From: Anthoceros angustus
Lineage: Eukaryota > Plantae > Anthocerotophyta
NCBI GenBank assembly: GCA_010909165.1
Contig: MU008159.1
Coordinates: forward strand, 1,488,001 to 1,552,000
DNA: 64,000 bases
Direction of reading: 5' to 3'
Position 1 is the stretch's first letter. Every line of letters begins with the position of its first letter. The notes under the pieces were generated by a model, which worked only from the letters and a program-made list of their open reading frames with translations, was not told where the DNA came from and did no database searches. The position numbers and the translations under genes are program-made. Positions 52,250 to 64,000 of this stretch are shown here, piece by piece.

Positions 52250-55080
52250 GAAGGTAATTGGCCACACCTTTTCTGCTTCGATGCTTCGTATCCAATTTGT
52301 TTCCTCTTCGGATCTACAGGGCTTCTCAGCTACATCATTCGTCCAGAGCGATGGGTGACTTGAGGAGGCCTCCTGCAGGCGTGCATCTTTCAGTTCACCA
52401 CATTGTTGGTGTATCACATTTTGGATACCCAGATGAGGCCTCCTGCAGGCGTGCATCTTTCAGTTCGCCACATTGTTGGTGTACCACATTTTGGATACCC
52501 AGATATCAGGGCATTCCATGTCACCACATCCTTTGTGGCCATGCTGTCAAAAACCTGGCATGCATCTTTCAGTTAGCCACATCTTGCATACATGTCCACC
52601 AGGCAGTTGCCAACAAACAAGTTGGCAGGAATGCCACTGTGCACCACATCACAGTGCACTTTTCTGCCAGATTCCAAACATCTGAATGTGCACTTTTCTA
52701 CCAGATACCCGGTCGGCGCCAAATCTGAAGGGCCAGCTACAAAGATCAGGATCCGCCTTCTGCCCCGACCGACGCATCTTATGGTACTGTTGCGCATCTT
52801 ATGGTACCGTCGTGTGGCCTCATGAGATGTGTGCTTTACATGTGCAGATATTGTGGTATTCGTGGCCTCACTAGGCTTCCCGTGCTTGGCATGTGCGAAG
52901 ATTATGGAAAACCGCATGAAGACATCCATGGCCTCCTTTCGATTCTCATTCAAGTTGGACCAAAACATTCTTAAGCTGTACACAGGTTTGGCACAGTGCA
53001 AAACAGAGACTGAGAAATGGTAGACAGCGGCAAGTACCCAAGCGGCAGCTACGAAGATGAGTGTCCGCCTTCTCTCCTGACCTATGCATCTCATGGTACA
53101 GTTGTATATGGTAGAGCTCTATAGCAACTCAATTGGTTTCCCGAGCTTGGGATGCGCAGAGAGTTATGTGCGGAGATATCGGGAGATTACGGGAAATTGG
53201 ATGAAGACATTTTGTTTACGGGAAATTGAATGAACACATCCATGGCATCCTGCCTACCTCCACATGAATACAGGCGCGAGATATCGTTCCCCATGTACGC
53301 GTTCGACTAATACCCAAGTTTGACAGTGAGATCATGAACTCGTCGCCCCACAACCAAATCCTTCTTAGCTGTACACAGTTTTAGCACAGTATGAAACAGA
53401 GAGGGATGGAACACAGAGCGGCCAGGTATGCAAGCGCAGCTACAAATTCCGCCCTTCATTTGTCCGCCTTCACTTCTGAGAAGTGACATACGCATCTCAT
53501 GGTACAGATGTATTTGGTACAGTTGTATGGCCTCATCTGGTTTCTCGTGCTTGGCGTGCGCAGAGATTCATGTCCAGAGAATGGAAAACTGCGTGAAGAT
53601 TTGCCCACCCTGGTGAACACATCCATGGCCTCCTGCAACCTACCTCCACATGCATACATGCGCAAGATATACATGGTTCCCCAGTATGTACTCGACTCAT
53701 GCCAAACTTTTACCGCAAGATCATGAACTAGTCGGAGAGCGAGGAGTGGTTGTTTGTCTACGTCAAACGGCCTCAGCGAAAGATGCAATTGATTTTCGTA
53801 ACCTCTGTTATGAGAGGTGGATCAGTGTTAGCCATCCGTGTCGTGGATCAGTGTTAGCCATCCATGTCGTGGATCAGTGTTAGCCATCCGTGTCGTGGAT
53901 CAGTGTTAGCCATCCGTGTCGTGGATCAGTGTTAGCCATCCGTGTCGTGGATCAGAGTTAGCCATCCGTGTCGTGGATCAGTATTATCCATCCGTGTCGT
54001 GGATCAGTGTTAGCCATCCGTGTCCAGGTTTCAGTTTGGAGAGGGATGGTTTGGAGGGATGGAATTAGAATTAGGCAGAGAAGTTTCACCCGCGTAATGT
54101 GCGTTAGTTCACGGTCGAAGCACCTGCGGATAGATGCACAACGTATCCATCACTTAAAACAACGTCTTTGTGTTCAAGCCTGTCCGTATAATCTCCGTGG
54201 AACTGTGCAGTCAAACTCCAGAGCTAGTTTCTCAGCATGCCCACAAAGCACATCCTCCTTGTCCTTCCGGCCTCCTTCCTGCATTCGTGCCCTCTATCAT
54301 AAGCGCAATATGCTCTCTTCTTTCTCCTCATCACCTCAGTGGTTGCCTCCACTTTCGTTCAGAAGGCAAGCAAATGTAGCCAGGCCCTAATCCCCCATTC
54401 GTCTATACAGAACACGCGGCTCCTGGCTGAGAAGGCACCAGTCTTAGCCAAAATCAGGCCCTCCTGCTCAAGTTGTCCACACACAGCAAGTGCCTCTTGG
54501 CCGAGCCCTTGGTCAGCATACCCGGCTGTCAGCGTATTCCATGTCACAACATTCTTTGAGGCCAAGCTGTCAAAAACGTGGCGTGCATCTTGCAGTTTAC
54601 CACATTTTGCATACCCAGATATTAGTGCACTCCATGTCTCCACATTCTTTGTGGCCATGCTGTCAAAAACCTTGCGTGCATCTTTTAGTTCGGCACATTT
54701 TACAAAGATTGTCCACCAGGCATGCCAAACAAGTTAGTAGGACTGCCGGTCTGAGTCACATCACAGTGCACTTTCCTGCCAGATTCCAAATCGGCGGCAA
54801 ATGCACAAGCCTGAAGGACAGTTCTCTGCACAACCACATGAAGACATTTGATTTGCCCACCGTGGTGAGCCCATCCACGGCCTCCCGCAGCCTACCTCCA
54901 CATGCATACATGCGCAAGATATGGTTCCCCAAGTATGCATTCGACTCTCACCGAAGTTTAACAATGAGATCATGAGCTCGTCACCCCACAACCAAATCCA
55001 TCTTAGCTGTACATAGGTTTAGCACAGTGTAAAGCAACTGCGAAATAGCAGAGTTCGTCTGTGCCACAAATTCCAGGCTT
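52250..55080 (-). pseudogene. Cluster of decayed PLS-class PPR gene fragments
   Basis: GRKVHCDVVHSGIPANLFVGNCLVDMYARCG*, MATKNVETWSALISGYAKCGKLQDARHVFDSL, VLKLCTAKKDLVVGRRVHDL, MYACGGRLQEAMDVF, with stops and frameshifts throughout. Confidence 0.85.
53817..54024. repeat. 26-bp minisatellite x8
   Basis: GTGGATCAGTGTTAGCCATCCGTGTC occurs in eight contiguous copies with few substitutions. Confidence 0.97.
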
Positions 55081-55699
55081 CCCCTGTTGACATAAAGTCC
55101 TCACGGTTATAGCCGTAATGACACCCAGAAACTAGCTGCTCATCAACCATAGCTGGCTTAAGCTTGCTGTTTAACCACAGGAACTCGCCGGACCCTTCAC
55201 GCCGAAAGTCAGGCGAACGGGAGCTCTTCGCATCTCGTCTGTTGTCCCACCACAGGGTAGGGTCCAGAAAGAGTTGTTGCAGTACTCCTGCTCCTGGCGA
55301 CGACCATTGCTGGATAACTCGTCCCCACCCACCGATTATCTCGAAGTGGGAGTACTGGGCTCTTTACATTGCTGCACCTGGAGGCTTTCCTTGCCAGGGA
55401 TTGACTCCCTGAAGTAGGAGTTCCTAGCAGAATCCCTGTACGCACACAAATTTGTTGGGCCCACAACGGGTCCGATTGCCATACTGTGGCCATAGTTCAG
55501 GGACCGCTGTCGGGAGATTTCTAACAATGGACTATGGCAGGATGCCCAGGTACTGCATATGACCACACCACACTGAAGGACAGTGCAGACGCCTTTTTAC
55601 TGAGTACCCACGGCAAAAGACACCCAAACCATTGGAACCAAGTCTAACATGGTTGCTAAACACATAGGTAGATAGACACCCTGGTGCAACGAGGATGCC

Positions 55700-56080
55700 A
55701 TGCCTCACATGCGAATTTCCATTGTGCCTTGAAGAGGTGCATGGCAGAAAATGATCTCGTCTGCGGTGAGGGCGTGCATGCTCTGCTAGTCCAATGTGGG
55801 TACGGCTCGAATGCATTCTTAGGCAGTCACATCATCGGGATGTATCTACATACTCCTCGCGCGGCAGGTTGGAGGACGCTCCACAGGCCTTTTCCTGAGT
55901 GCTGGTTCCCAGCATGTCACATGTGCGCGTCCAGGAGCGCTCTGGCACATGCTCGACATGGGCAGCCCGCACCCGCCCAGGCTATCATCCTCTATCTACA
56001 ATTGTGGGTGCATGAAGCCAAATATGTAACCTCAAGGCGTGTGCCTCGGCGAAGGCCCTGTGTCGAGCAAGGAGGTTCAT
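55700..56080 (+). pseudogene. Decayed PLS-class PPR N-terminal fragment in opposite orientation
   Basis: FHCALKRCMAENDLVCGEGVHALLVQCGYGSNAFLGSHIIGMY, then a frameshift into GRLEDA. Confidence 0.7.
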
Positions 56081-56509
56081 GAACATATTCAGGCTAGTGC
56101 GGAGAGGGCGGATGGAATGATGGAAGTCCATCATTCCATCCGCCCTCTCCGCGGATGGAAGTGATGGAAGTCACTTGTGATGGAAGTGATGGAAGTCCTT
56201 GTGAACAAAGTAGTTAATACGCCAAAGCGTGAAGGCTTGAATGAGGCTCGAAAGTGGTGTTTCGACAGTTTACCCACAAGAGGTGGGAAGGTGGGAACAT
56301 GAATGTCCTCGGTTGATGAGTATTCTCGGCATGGGCTAGGGTGGATGAGCCCTAGCTTGGGGGTGCCCCTTCGCCATATGTTTGGATGTGTGTAGCAACC
56401 AGGCTGCACCCGTTGAGAGACCGTAATCAGGGTCTTGTCGAAGCCTCGCCTTGATCGAAATGGGCTCTTAACGACAAGATAATGAAGTATGTGGAGACTT
56501 CATAAAAGG

Positions 56510-56606
56510 AACGAGATAGGCAATCCCATCTACCCCGAGGCGAACGGGAATAACCCGCACGAGATGGGCAATCCCATCTACCCCGAGGCGAACGGAAATA
56601 ACCCAC
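56510..56606. repeat. 48-bp tandem repeat x2
   Basis: gagat.ggcaatcccatctaccccgaggcgaacgg.aataaccc occurs twice. Confidence 0.85.
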
Positions 56607-56895
56607 GACGGGGCACCAAGCCAGGGAGCGTGCCCTACCCTATGGCCCCCAAGAGAGGAGAAAACTTTGCAACCGGTGCAAAGGTTTTATTATTGAAAAT
56701 AGTCTAAGACTAGATATTTGAATAAATCTTTTAATTATTAATTATTTATATCTTTCCAGAGAGCCATCACTAAATTTTTTATGGAGGTTCTCCACGTAAA
56801 GAGTTTTGAGATTTCTTTTTATTTTTTTTTAATATATGAGTCATACTTATAGAGGTGTCTCAAGTTTCACATTGAATCTTATTTCATAACCGTTC

Positions 56896-57066
56896 TATTG
56901 CTTAGTTTCTCTCACTACAATGGCTCCAAGCAATTGTGAAATTTGATTGATTTATTGCTTAGTTTCTCTCACTACAATGGCTCCAAGCAATTGTGAAATT
57001 TGATTGATTTATTGCTTAGTCTCTCTCACTACAATGGCTCCAAGCAATTGTGAAATTTGATTGATT
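56896..57066. repeat. 57-bp tandem repeat x3 in an AT-rich tract
   Basis: tattgcttagtttctctcactacaatggctccaagcaattgtgaaatttgattgatt occurs three times. Confidence 0.95.
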
Positions 57067-57711
57067 TAAAATTTATAAAAATTACGATAGATAATATTCA
57101 TGATTGGTTATAAAAAATTGGTATATTTATTTTCCCATTTCTTTGCTATTGAATCGATTTGAATTATTTTCTAATAAAATATTTTATTTTATTATATTAT
57201 ACTATACATCTTAAAATTATTATTTTCTCAATAAATTTGGTTGCATGTATGGAGTGGATGATTGTATCTTATTTCGTGGAGCCAGTACATCGATGATAAG
57301 CCAGTACAGCGATAGTGGCTGACGATCCGTTTTACCCAAACGGTCATCCGGCATGCAACTACACAACCACAGTTTGCAGCGAAGACGGGTAACTTGCGCT
57401 TATCACAAGAATCAGGTGCATCTCCCCATTTTGGGGGCGCTATACCAACAACGGTATTGGGTCGGCATTCCACGTTTTGAACCCATCGACAGCCTACAAG
57501 ATTGGAAGGTTCCTATACCCAAATGATACAATTCTGAAGACACTGTGCCGGTCTGGGTGACTAGCACCCCATTCACCGCTTCCAGCTTTGCGGTGCCAGA
57601 AACCGTTTACATAGTTAGGGCAAAGACTAAACGTATGGCTGGGTCACTCCAGCGAGGGTGCAGGTTGCCCCACGGTTTGAGCCTGAGTAGAGATTCAGGA
57701 AGATGCCTCCT

Positions 57712-59582
57712 CTACTTCGCGGCTGAGGAGTAGTCAAAGCAAGGAAACTTTTTCGGGTCACTCCAGTCTTTCGTTGCCAGACTTGAAGTAGCTTCTTTGT
57801 CACAATGCCACTCCAATTCGCCATCGGACAACCTTACAAGCTGAGCAGGAAGGGAGCCAGGGAGAGCTGGCCTTTCCAACACCCTCTGCAACACGAATGC
57901 TTTGCTGCTCCCAAGCACGACAAAAGCAGCCTGTTCACCAAAAAATACCACCACGTACCGTCAGATCTGCTGCCAGACGCTGGCAAACAAGTTCACTCAA
58001 GGGCTCAACGGAGGATACGTACGTGAGCTGCTGCGTTGATCAATGGTAAGGTCATGGTGATCCGTTCTGACGGCGGTTTCGGTGAGTTTGTAATTGGCAT
58101 AACCCAGCGATTCTTTTCTGCAAGAGGCGGACTGTTTGGGAACAATGATGCAACATGACCATCCGGCCCCAATCCAAGTAGGATCTGTCACCCCTTCACC
58201 GGAACTTCTCGTTAGCGGTAGTGACCAGAACTAAGCAGTCAGGAAAGTTGAAAACAACATTTGTAACCGGAAAGTCCTTACAAGATCAAAGCGGGGGTGT
58301 TGACCCGAACTATCCAACTGGAGGACCTTTCTTTTCACAAGTTTCCTGCGACAGTACAAAGCAAGGGTTGTTGCAACGGCCATAGAGCTTTCTCGAACCT
58401 CCAATCTTGCTCATAGAGGGTGAATCACTTGCCTCAATGTATTTTCGTACTCAGATGCAGCTGTGCTCGGATCATGGAACTCCTGAATAGCATGGATGTG
58501 AGGCTGGGCGATGGGCAGCTTCGAAAGAAATTCCTCCTGCATACAACGATTTTAAATTGTCAACTACAGAGTACATACACACAAACTGGCGTGATCAGAA
58601 AAAATCGCTACCCAAAGAGAAAAAGGTGGCACTACACACACCTTCGCGAGCCTGTAGTTGCTGTCCTCATGATCTAAAGGCACAACCCTTTCATCCACCC
58701 AAAATACATGCCATTGTCTCCAGTGAACGCAAGATCGATAAGGTTCCCTCGTCAAAACATCCAAAGCCTGCGTCCCAAGAGTTCGCATCAAATCACAGCG
58801 TCAGCAACAAAGCACACCATTGCACACACTGTCAACGAAAGCATAGGAGCAGGCAGGACCTTCACGACGGAGCCTCCCGAAAGAGCTACCGTAAAGACTC
58901 TTCGAGCATACACTGCTTCCTTGGACAATCGAGCCACATACTGAGCGAAACCATCAGCAAGTTGACTGGAGCTGTCGTACTCCAGCACTGTAGCTTCCGA
59001 GGCTCCTTCCGGATACTGGAAAGGATGTGCAGGCCTCTCGTCATTGTGCACCAGCGACTCCTCAACAACAGTCGCAGATCCATTGCTCTCCGCGCCAGTT
59101 GGGTCGGTCACCTGCCTCTTCTTAGGTCGTCCTCTAGGCTTAACATCCTCAGCGCCACTGGCAGTTGAAGAAAACGCGCTAGCACTCAACCCGAGACTCC
59201 CTACCCTTCGAGGGAGGGCTCTGACGCGGCCTACACCCTTCTCGCCAGCCAAGCACTTCAGAAGAGGAGCAGACGGACAGAATAAGTCCTGGCCACCACT
59301 CCTGTATAGACGAAACCGAGACTCTCCCTGCACCGCAGCACAAGGCAGTGCATGAATAAGATTGATGGCGACAACACAAGGGAAACAGCTGAATCCGCAA
59401 TACGAACATCTGCTTCCGGAAAAACACAATGCAGCAGACTTGTTTGAAAGAAAAAGAAAGAAACCGCCTCTTAGCTGATCCAGCGCAGGACAGCAAGACC
59501 ACGAGTGTCCTACCTGCGGAACCAGAGGTTGTACAGTAGCAGACATGATCTGAATGGCACAAGCAGTCCTTGCCACCGCCAT
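57712..59582 (-). CDS. PGL: 6-phosphogluconolactonase with N-terminal extension (probable plastid transit peptide), multi-exon
   Basis: [82 protein letters not shown]. Confidence 0.93.
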
Positions 59583-60551
59583 AACGACCCGCGGCTACCT
59601 TCCCCAAGTCACCGCACCATCATCATGGAATACGCTCCTCCGAATGACTGCTACATACTTCGATTCCGCAGAGACTCCGCAGGCTCGATCCCGCAGACGG
59701 GAAAGCCCGTGGTTGTCCTTGGATAACTACCCAGTGCCGCATCCAGAATTCAGATAAGCCTTGAACCTGGGCTCGGAATCCCGGGATCCAATGGCCACCG
59801 GAGACCGGTTTGACCGGCCAGGTGCCTCTTGACAGCCGGGGCCACTCACGTTGCAACAGACTGACAGGCGGTTAACCAATATTTGTGTGCATATCATTCC
59901 ATAATGTTTCAGCAATCTAGGTACTTGAAATGTGGTACTGGAGTTACATTTGGCAATGGTTTGGACAGACGAATTTGAACTGCTATGCTATTATGCTGAT
60001 CTAGTAAAGCTACATCTATCCTGCAGGGGTTCCTGCGGGCCACTCACTGCGGTGAGGCCACAGCTCTGCTGCCATACAATAAAGGGGGATAGAAAATAGA
60101 TCGCAAAACCTTGAGCCTCAGCGGTGGGTCCAAAAGGTTTGGAGTGAGGGAGCACAAGGGAGATGATCTACCATTGTTGCAGCAGTGGCTTCTATTCTCA
60201 CAGCCACGGCGCTACAGAGCAAGAATAGGAAGGGCTCTATGATTACAGACCATGCCAACACAGGGCCTAGTAGCATAACTGAAATGGTCCGAATGTACAG
60301 CATCAGAGGGGCACCGGGCGCAGCTTGATCCATATGCCAGGCAAGGCCAAGCCAGGCCGTGCCATGCCTTTCTTCCATCCTTGCAGCGAAGGACCTGCAA
60401 TGCATGCCGAGTGAGAGGAGGAGGGCATCTCTTCTTTGGTGCTGCACAACGGAGCAGAGGAGGTAGCCAATGCACAGGACAGGCAACCCCCCGTGATGCT
60501 GGTCAAGGAGAAATATGCATCCTGGGAAGAAAAAATGTGGTGGCTCACGTG

Positions 60552-62276
60552 TTATAGAGTGACGAGAAGCATGCCCGGCTCTGTCTCCGTGAACTGCAAG
60601 TCGAGCTCCTCGGTTGCCAGGTACTGCTTGATGGCAATGGGCAATCTGGCGAGGGCCCGGGCTCCAGGTGTGTGGTGCCCTGTTCCAACACACACGAACA
60701 TCTGCTGCTTGCTACGTTGCAAGGCTGCAGCCAGACGGAGGGACTTCAACTCCTGCTTCAGCAACACAACAGCCTCCTTGACATGCAGGCCGTGCAGATC
60801 CAGCAGCCTGGCCTTGCCCTGCGTCAGCTTCTGAAACTCCCCTGCAATAGCAGCGTTCCTCTCGTGGAAAATGGCCTTCCCCGCTTTGTCGTGCGCAGCC
60901 TTCATCTGCTCGTTCAACTGATGCCCCTTGCTGCTCAACTCCTTGGCCAAGGCCCTGTTGCCTGCAATATACGCCTGCCTGGCCTGCTCGAAGCAGACAT
61001 TCCGTGCCCGGGCATGGTCTCTGGCCTCCTCCCGCATGTCAGCATACAAGTTGGACACAGCCTCCCCCGTGTTCAACCAGGGTTTGGGAGTGTGCCTCTG
61101 CGCCTTGCTGCTCAACTGAAACTTGTGCTGCTGCTGCAGCTTGTCCTCTAACCGGGTGGCCCCGAAGAAGCTATCTACCTGAGAAGTGCGGGCAACGCTC
61201 CTTCCCAACCCCTGGTAGGCGTCGGCGGCCGCCCCCTTGGCCGAGCCACTCCATCCCTTCCTGGCCACGGCTGCGAAATTAGTTGACGAGGAGCGGTAGT
61301 CATCGCTGGTGCTGAGCTTCCGCATGTCCCCCTCCAGCAGACTATACATGTTACCCCCGCTCCCGACATCCCTACTCCCCAGGTCATACCCCGCCAAGGC
61401 CGGAAAATCCGCGGGGGTGGACACCGACGGCACATGCGCCACAGACTGGTACTGCTCCGACACAGATCCCTCGTCCTGCATCTCCAGCTGCTGCAGCATC
61501 TCCACCGTCAAGCTCAAATCCCCCCCGTTAGCATACAGCAACTCCGTCAAGCTCTTGATGGCGAACCCCGGAAATCTGGCCGTGAGCAACGCCACGGGAT
61601 CAATATCCACCAGCTCATCAGGAAATGCCACGCCCCCGGCCCCCCGGGAATTGTATCCCCAATTCAGGTCCGCGTCCTCCGCCCAGCCGGCCCTGGCCTC
61701 GCTCGGGGACGAGGCATAAGCGTAGTCCGCCTGCGCCTGCAGCTGCTCCAGCACGTCCCCCCCGAGGTACAAGCTGCCGGAAATTCCCCCTTCTTGGAAG
61801 TCGGTGGCCAGCGCAGAGGAGGAGGAAGCGGAGTCCCGCGGCCTGTAGCTCCCGCCGTGCGCCAGGCTCTGCGGCGCCGCCTCAAAACCTACAGCCACCT
61901 GGTGCTGCTGCCGGTGCTCCTCCAGCCCGAAGCGCCCGCCGTCATCAAACACCTTGCTCTGCACATCGAAGTCGGAGATGAGATTCTCCGGCAGCTGCGA
62001 CAGCCAGTACTGCTGGTACAAATCATCATCGGAGCTGGCCTCCGCCGCTGCTGCCGCCGCCGCCGCCGCCTTGGCCACGGGCTCCACTGCTCCGCTCTCA
62101 AATCTGCTCAGCTCCACGCCGTCCCGGCCGCTGCTGCTGCTGCCGCTGCCGTTGTTGTTGCTGTTGTTGCTGTTGCTGTTGCTGTTGTTGTTGTTGACGC
62201 TGCTGCCGCTGCCGGGCCTCATGCCCGAGGGCACGAATTCCTGAGCATTGGGATTGAGCCTGCGCAGAGACGCCAT
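60552..62276 (-). CDS. CID7: PABP-interacting PAM2 + CUE-like + DUF1771 + Smr protein (CID7-like), single coding exon
   Basis: LNPNAQEFVP (PAM2), PWLNTGEAVSNLYADMREEARDHARARN..FEQARQAY (DUF1771), LLDLHGLHVKEAV..VCVGTGHH (Smr). ATG chosen at MASLRR; the ORF is open further upstream. Confidence 0.9.
   Translation of the reverse strand: MASLRRLNPNAQEFVPSGMRPGSGSSVNNNNSNSNSNNSNNNGSGSSSSGRDGVELSRFESGAVEPVAKAAAAAAAAAEASSDDDLYQQYWLSQLPENLISDFDVQSKVFDDGGRFGLEEHRQQHQVAVGFEAAPQSLAHGGSYRPRDSASSSSALATDFQEGGISGSLYLGGDVLEQLQAQADYAYASSPSEARAGWAEDADLNWGYNSRGAGGVAFPDELVDIDPVALLTARFPGFAIKSLTELLYANGGDLSLTVEMLQQLEMQDEGSVSEQYQSVAHVPSVSTPADFPALAGYDLGSRDVGSGGNMYSLLEGDMRKLSTSDDYRSSSTNFAAVARKGWSGSAKGAAADAYQGLGRSVARTSQVDSFFGATRLEDKLQQQHKFQLSSKAQRHTPKPWLNTGEAVSNLYADMREEARDHARARNVCFEQARQAYIAGNRALAKELSSKGHQLNEQMKAAHDKAGKAIFHERNAAIAGEFQKLTQGKARLLDLHGLHVKEAVVLLKQELKSLRLAAALQRSKQQMFVCVGTGHHTPGARALARLPIAIKQYLATEELDLQFTETEPGMLLVTL
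62130..62212. repeat. Coding (GTT/GCT)n trinucleotide tract (poly-Asn/Ser)
   Basis: gttgttgttgctgttgttgctgttgctg... encodes NNNNSNSNSNNSNNNGSGSSSS. Confidence 0.85.
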
Positions 62277-62838
62277 TGCCGCCGGCGCAGCACAGCGCTG
62301 CGCTCGCAGCGGTGCGGGCAAATCCAGGCCGCAGAGAAGCTCCAGGCAGCTGCCGCTCGCAGCCCCGCCGCCCGCGCGCTGCGGTCGTGAACCCGGGCCG
62401 GGTCGGGTCCCCAACCCTACCGTGTGCGCGCTGGATGCTGCTTTCGCGATGGGAGCTGCTGTAGCTTGCTCCTCTTGTTGCAGCCACTCCTGGCTCGCTC
62501 CGTTCCTGTTGGCGCAAGCCACCAGCTGCCGTGCGGCGATCGCATCATCATGCCTTCATCTCTTACGTCCATCCCGCAACATAAACCTGGCTTTTATAAC
62601 CCACCTTTTAACCTGCCCATGTCACCCAAAGTAAGTTTCCACTAGGTCAGTCCCTCGGTACTATGTAGATGTATCTCATATTTCTGCCAGAAGCAAAACT
62701 TCCAGCCACACTCTCGGGAATTGCAAGTTTGCCTTCCAGATCGATACTTGAGACGGACGACGGACGACGGACGACGGAAGACGCACACTGCTTTCCGTTT
62801 CCTTCAGGAACAGGTGAAGCCGATTCCAGAAGCCGGCT

Positions 62839-63625
62839 ATGGCGAGTGTTGCATCCGTGCTTCCCCCTTTGCTCCTTCCCGGGCCTGGGGGGTCGGAGGG
62901 TCGGGCTGAGCCGCGGATGCTCTTGTCCTTTCGATCTATCGGGTCGGGGTCGGGGTCGGGGTCGGGGTCGTGGGTGGGGCGGAGGCAGGAGAGGCCTGGC
63001 TCCAGGGGCGCCTCGGTTCTGGTCAGGAGCTTTGAGGTTTCAGGGCCCGGGTCTGTGGACTCTCCTCTCATCTCCTCCATGAAGCTCAAGGTGCTGACCG
63101 TTGCTTTGTTTCTGTTCAGCCGTCTGGATTGGTGATGCGCAGTCCTGGAAAGGGATGTGAGTTGTCTGTACATGTGCAGCTCAATTGTTGTTGTGTGGGT
63201 GGTGCAGATTCAGCAGCAATTGAGCACCGATCATGTGATTGTGAGGGATGAGCGTGGAGATGGTCGGCATGTCAGGTGGGGAGTGGAGTTGAGTGCCTTG
63301 CTTGCCTGTAGGTTGGGTTGCTGCTTAGGGTTGTTTTGGTCTTTATGAAGATGTGCATTGTTCCTTCTCTGCTCTGTGGAGAAATGGGCAACCAGAGGGA
63401 GGGAGGTTGCCATGAGAAGAGGTTGTGATATACTTGGTGGCTTGTGCATGTATTGTATGCAGCATTCATGTTGTTGCAGCGGCTTTTGAAGGGCAAAGTC
63501 GTGTGAACAGGCAACGAATGGTTTATAAGGCAATTTGGGAGGAGTTGCAAGGAGTTGTACATGCTGTGGACCAGCTTACAACGAAAACGCCCGCTGAAGC
63601 TGGCAAAGGCACATTGTCACCGTGA
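62839..63625 (+). CDS. BOLA4: BolA-family protein, organellar BolA4 type; exons 62839-63090, 63208-63275, 63463-63625
   Basis: [11 protein letters not shown]|[23 protein letters not shown]|[45 protein letters not shown]. Junctions are phase-compatible and the N-terminus looks like a transit peptide. Confidence 0.93.
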
Positions 63626-63714
63626 GGTCTACAACTCACTCTCCCTCGTGGGCTGCTGAGGCTCTTGCGCTCTTTTTCCCAGGGAGAAGTGCTAGCGGAT
63701 CTGAGCTGAACGAA

Positions 63715-63880
63715 CTCAATCTTCAGCAAATCAACCTGGGCCAGTGGTGACGAAGCATCCGTGTCCCTCATGGCAGACACTCCTCCGTCCTCCAATACAC
63801 GAGCACTTAGTGAGGAACCGGAAGCCCTTACTTTTCCTGGAAACTCCGCTCACTCCATGTACATGTACTTTCGAGTACCG
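63715..63880 (-). pseudogene. Isolated copy of the N-terminal repeat unit of the PPR gene at 22375-27663
   Basis: cagtggtgacgaagcatccgtgtcc...tcctccaatacac...ggaaccgg...ttttcctggaaactc aligns with 26200-26360. Encodes VSRK and EDGGVSAMRDTDASSPLAQV across a frameshift. Confidence 0.75.
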
Positions 63881-64000
63881 CATCGACAGAAATAGTTTTT
63901 TTTTAATTTTTGCGTAAGACGATATTCTCAAAAATTATGACCGACGATATATCCTATGAGTAACACCCCTCAACGGGGTGGGGAAAACCACGCAGTTAGA

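Noticed and set aside
51400-52250. E/DYW deaminase domain downstream of the PPR fragments
   Set aside because: No HSE/HAE, CxDCH or DYW-like motif was seen in the translated frames.
53817-54024. CRISPR-like array
   Set aside because: The repeats are contiguous with no unique spacers, there are no cas genes, and the context is eukaryotic.

Overview
Eukaryotic nuclear DNA from a land plant with compact gene space and short (mostly about 70-150 bp) GT-AG introns. The style fits a seed-free plant such as a hornwort or lycophyte; that assignment is inference only. Intact-looking genes: RER1, two gamma-glutamyl transpeptidases in opposite orientation, a small predicted secreted protein, mitochondrial ribosomal protein DAP3/mS29, a nuclear gene with a group II intron maturase domain X but no visible RT domain, a hevein+GH19 chitinase-like gene lacking both catalytic glutamates, a large P-class PPR protein with a pTAC2-like SMR C-terminus, 6-phosphogluconolactonase, a PAM2/DUF1771/Smr (CID7-like) gene and BolA4. 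About 28-57 kb is a repeat island. It holds one near full-length and two truncated LINEs with (GTT)n tails, CACTA-like remnants, an organellar rps12 scrap, an 8.6 kb GC-rich hierarchical repeat block bounded by palindrome arrays, decayed PLS-class PPR copies and several tandem duplications. A CRE-type (RLE) non-LTR remnant sits upstream of DAP3. The best candidate for something new is the RT-less, putatively mitochondrion-targeted maturase-X protein at 15604-17193. All family calls come from motif recognition by eye, not from database searches. Some indels and duplications in the repeat island may be long-read assembly artefacts.
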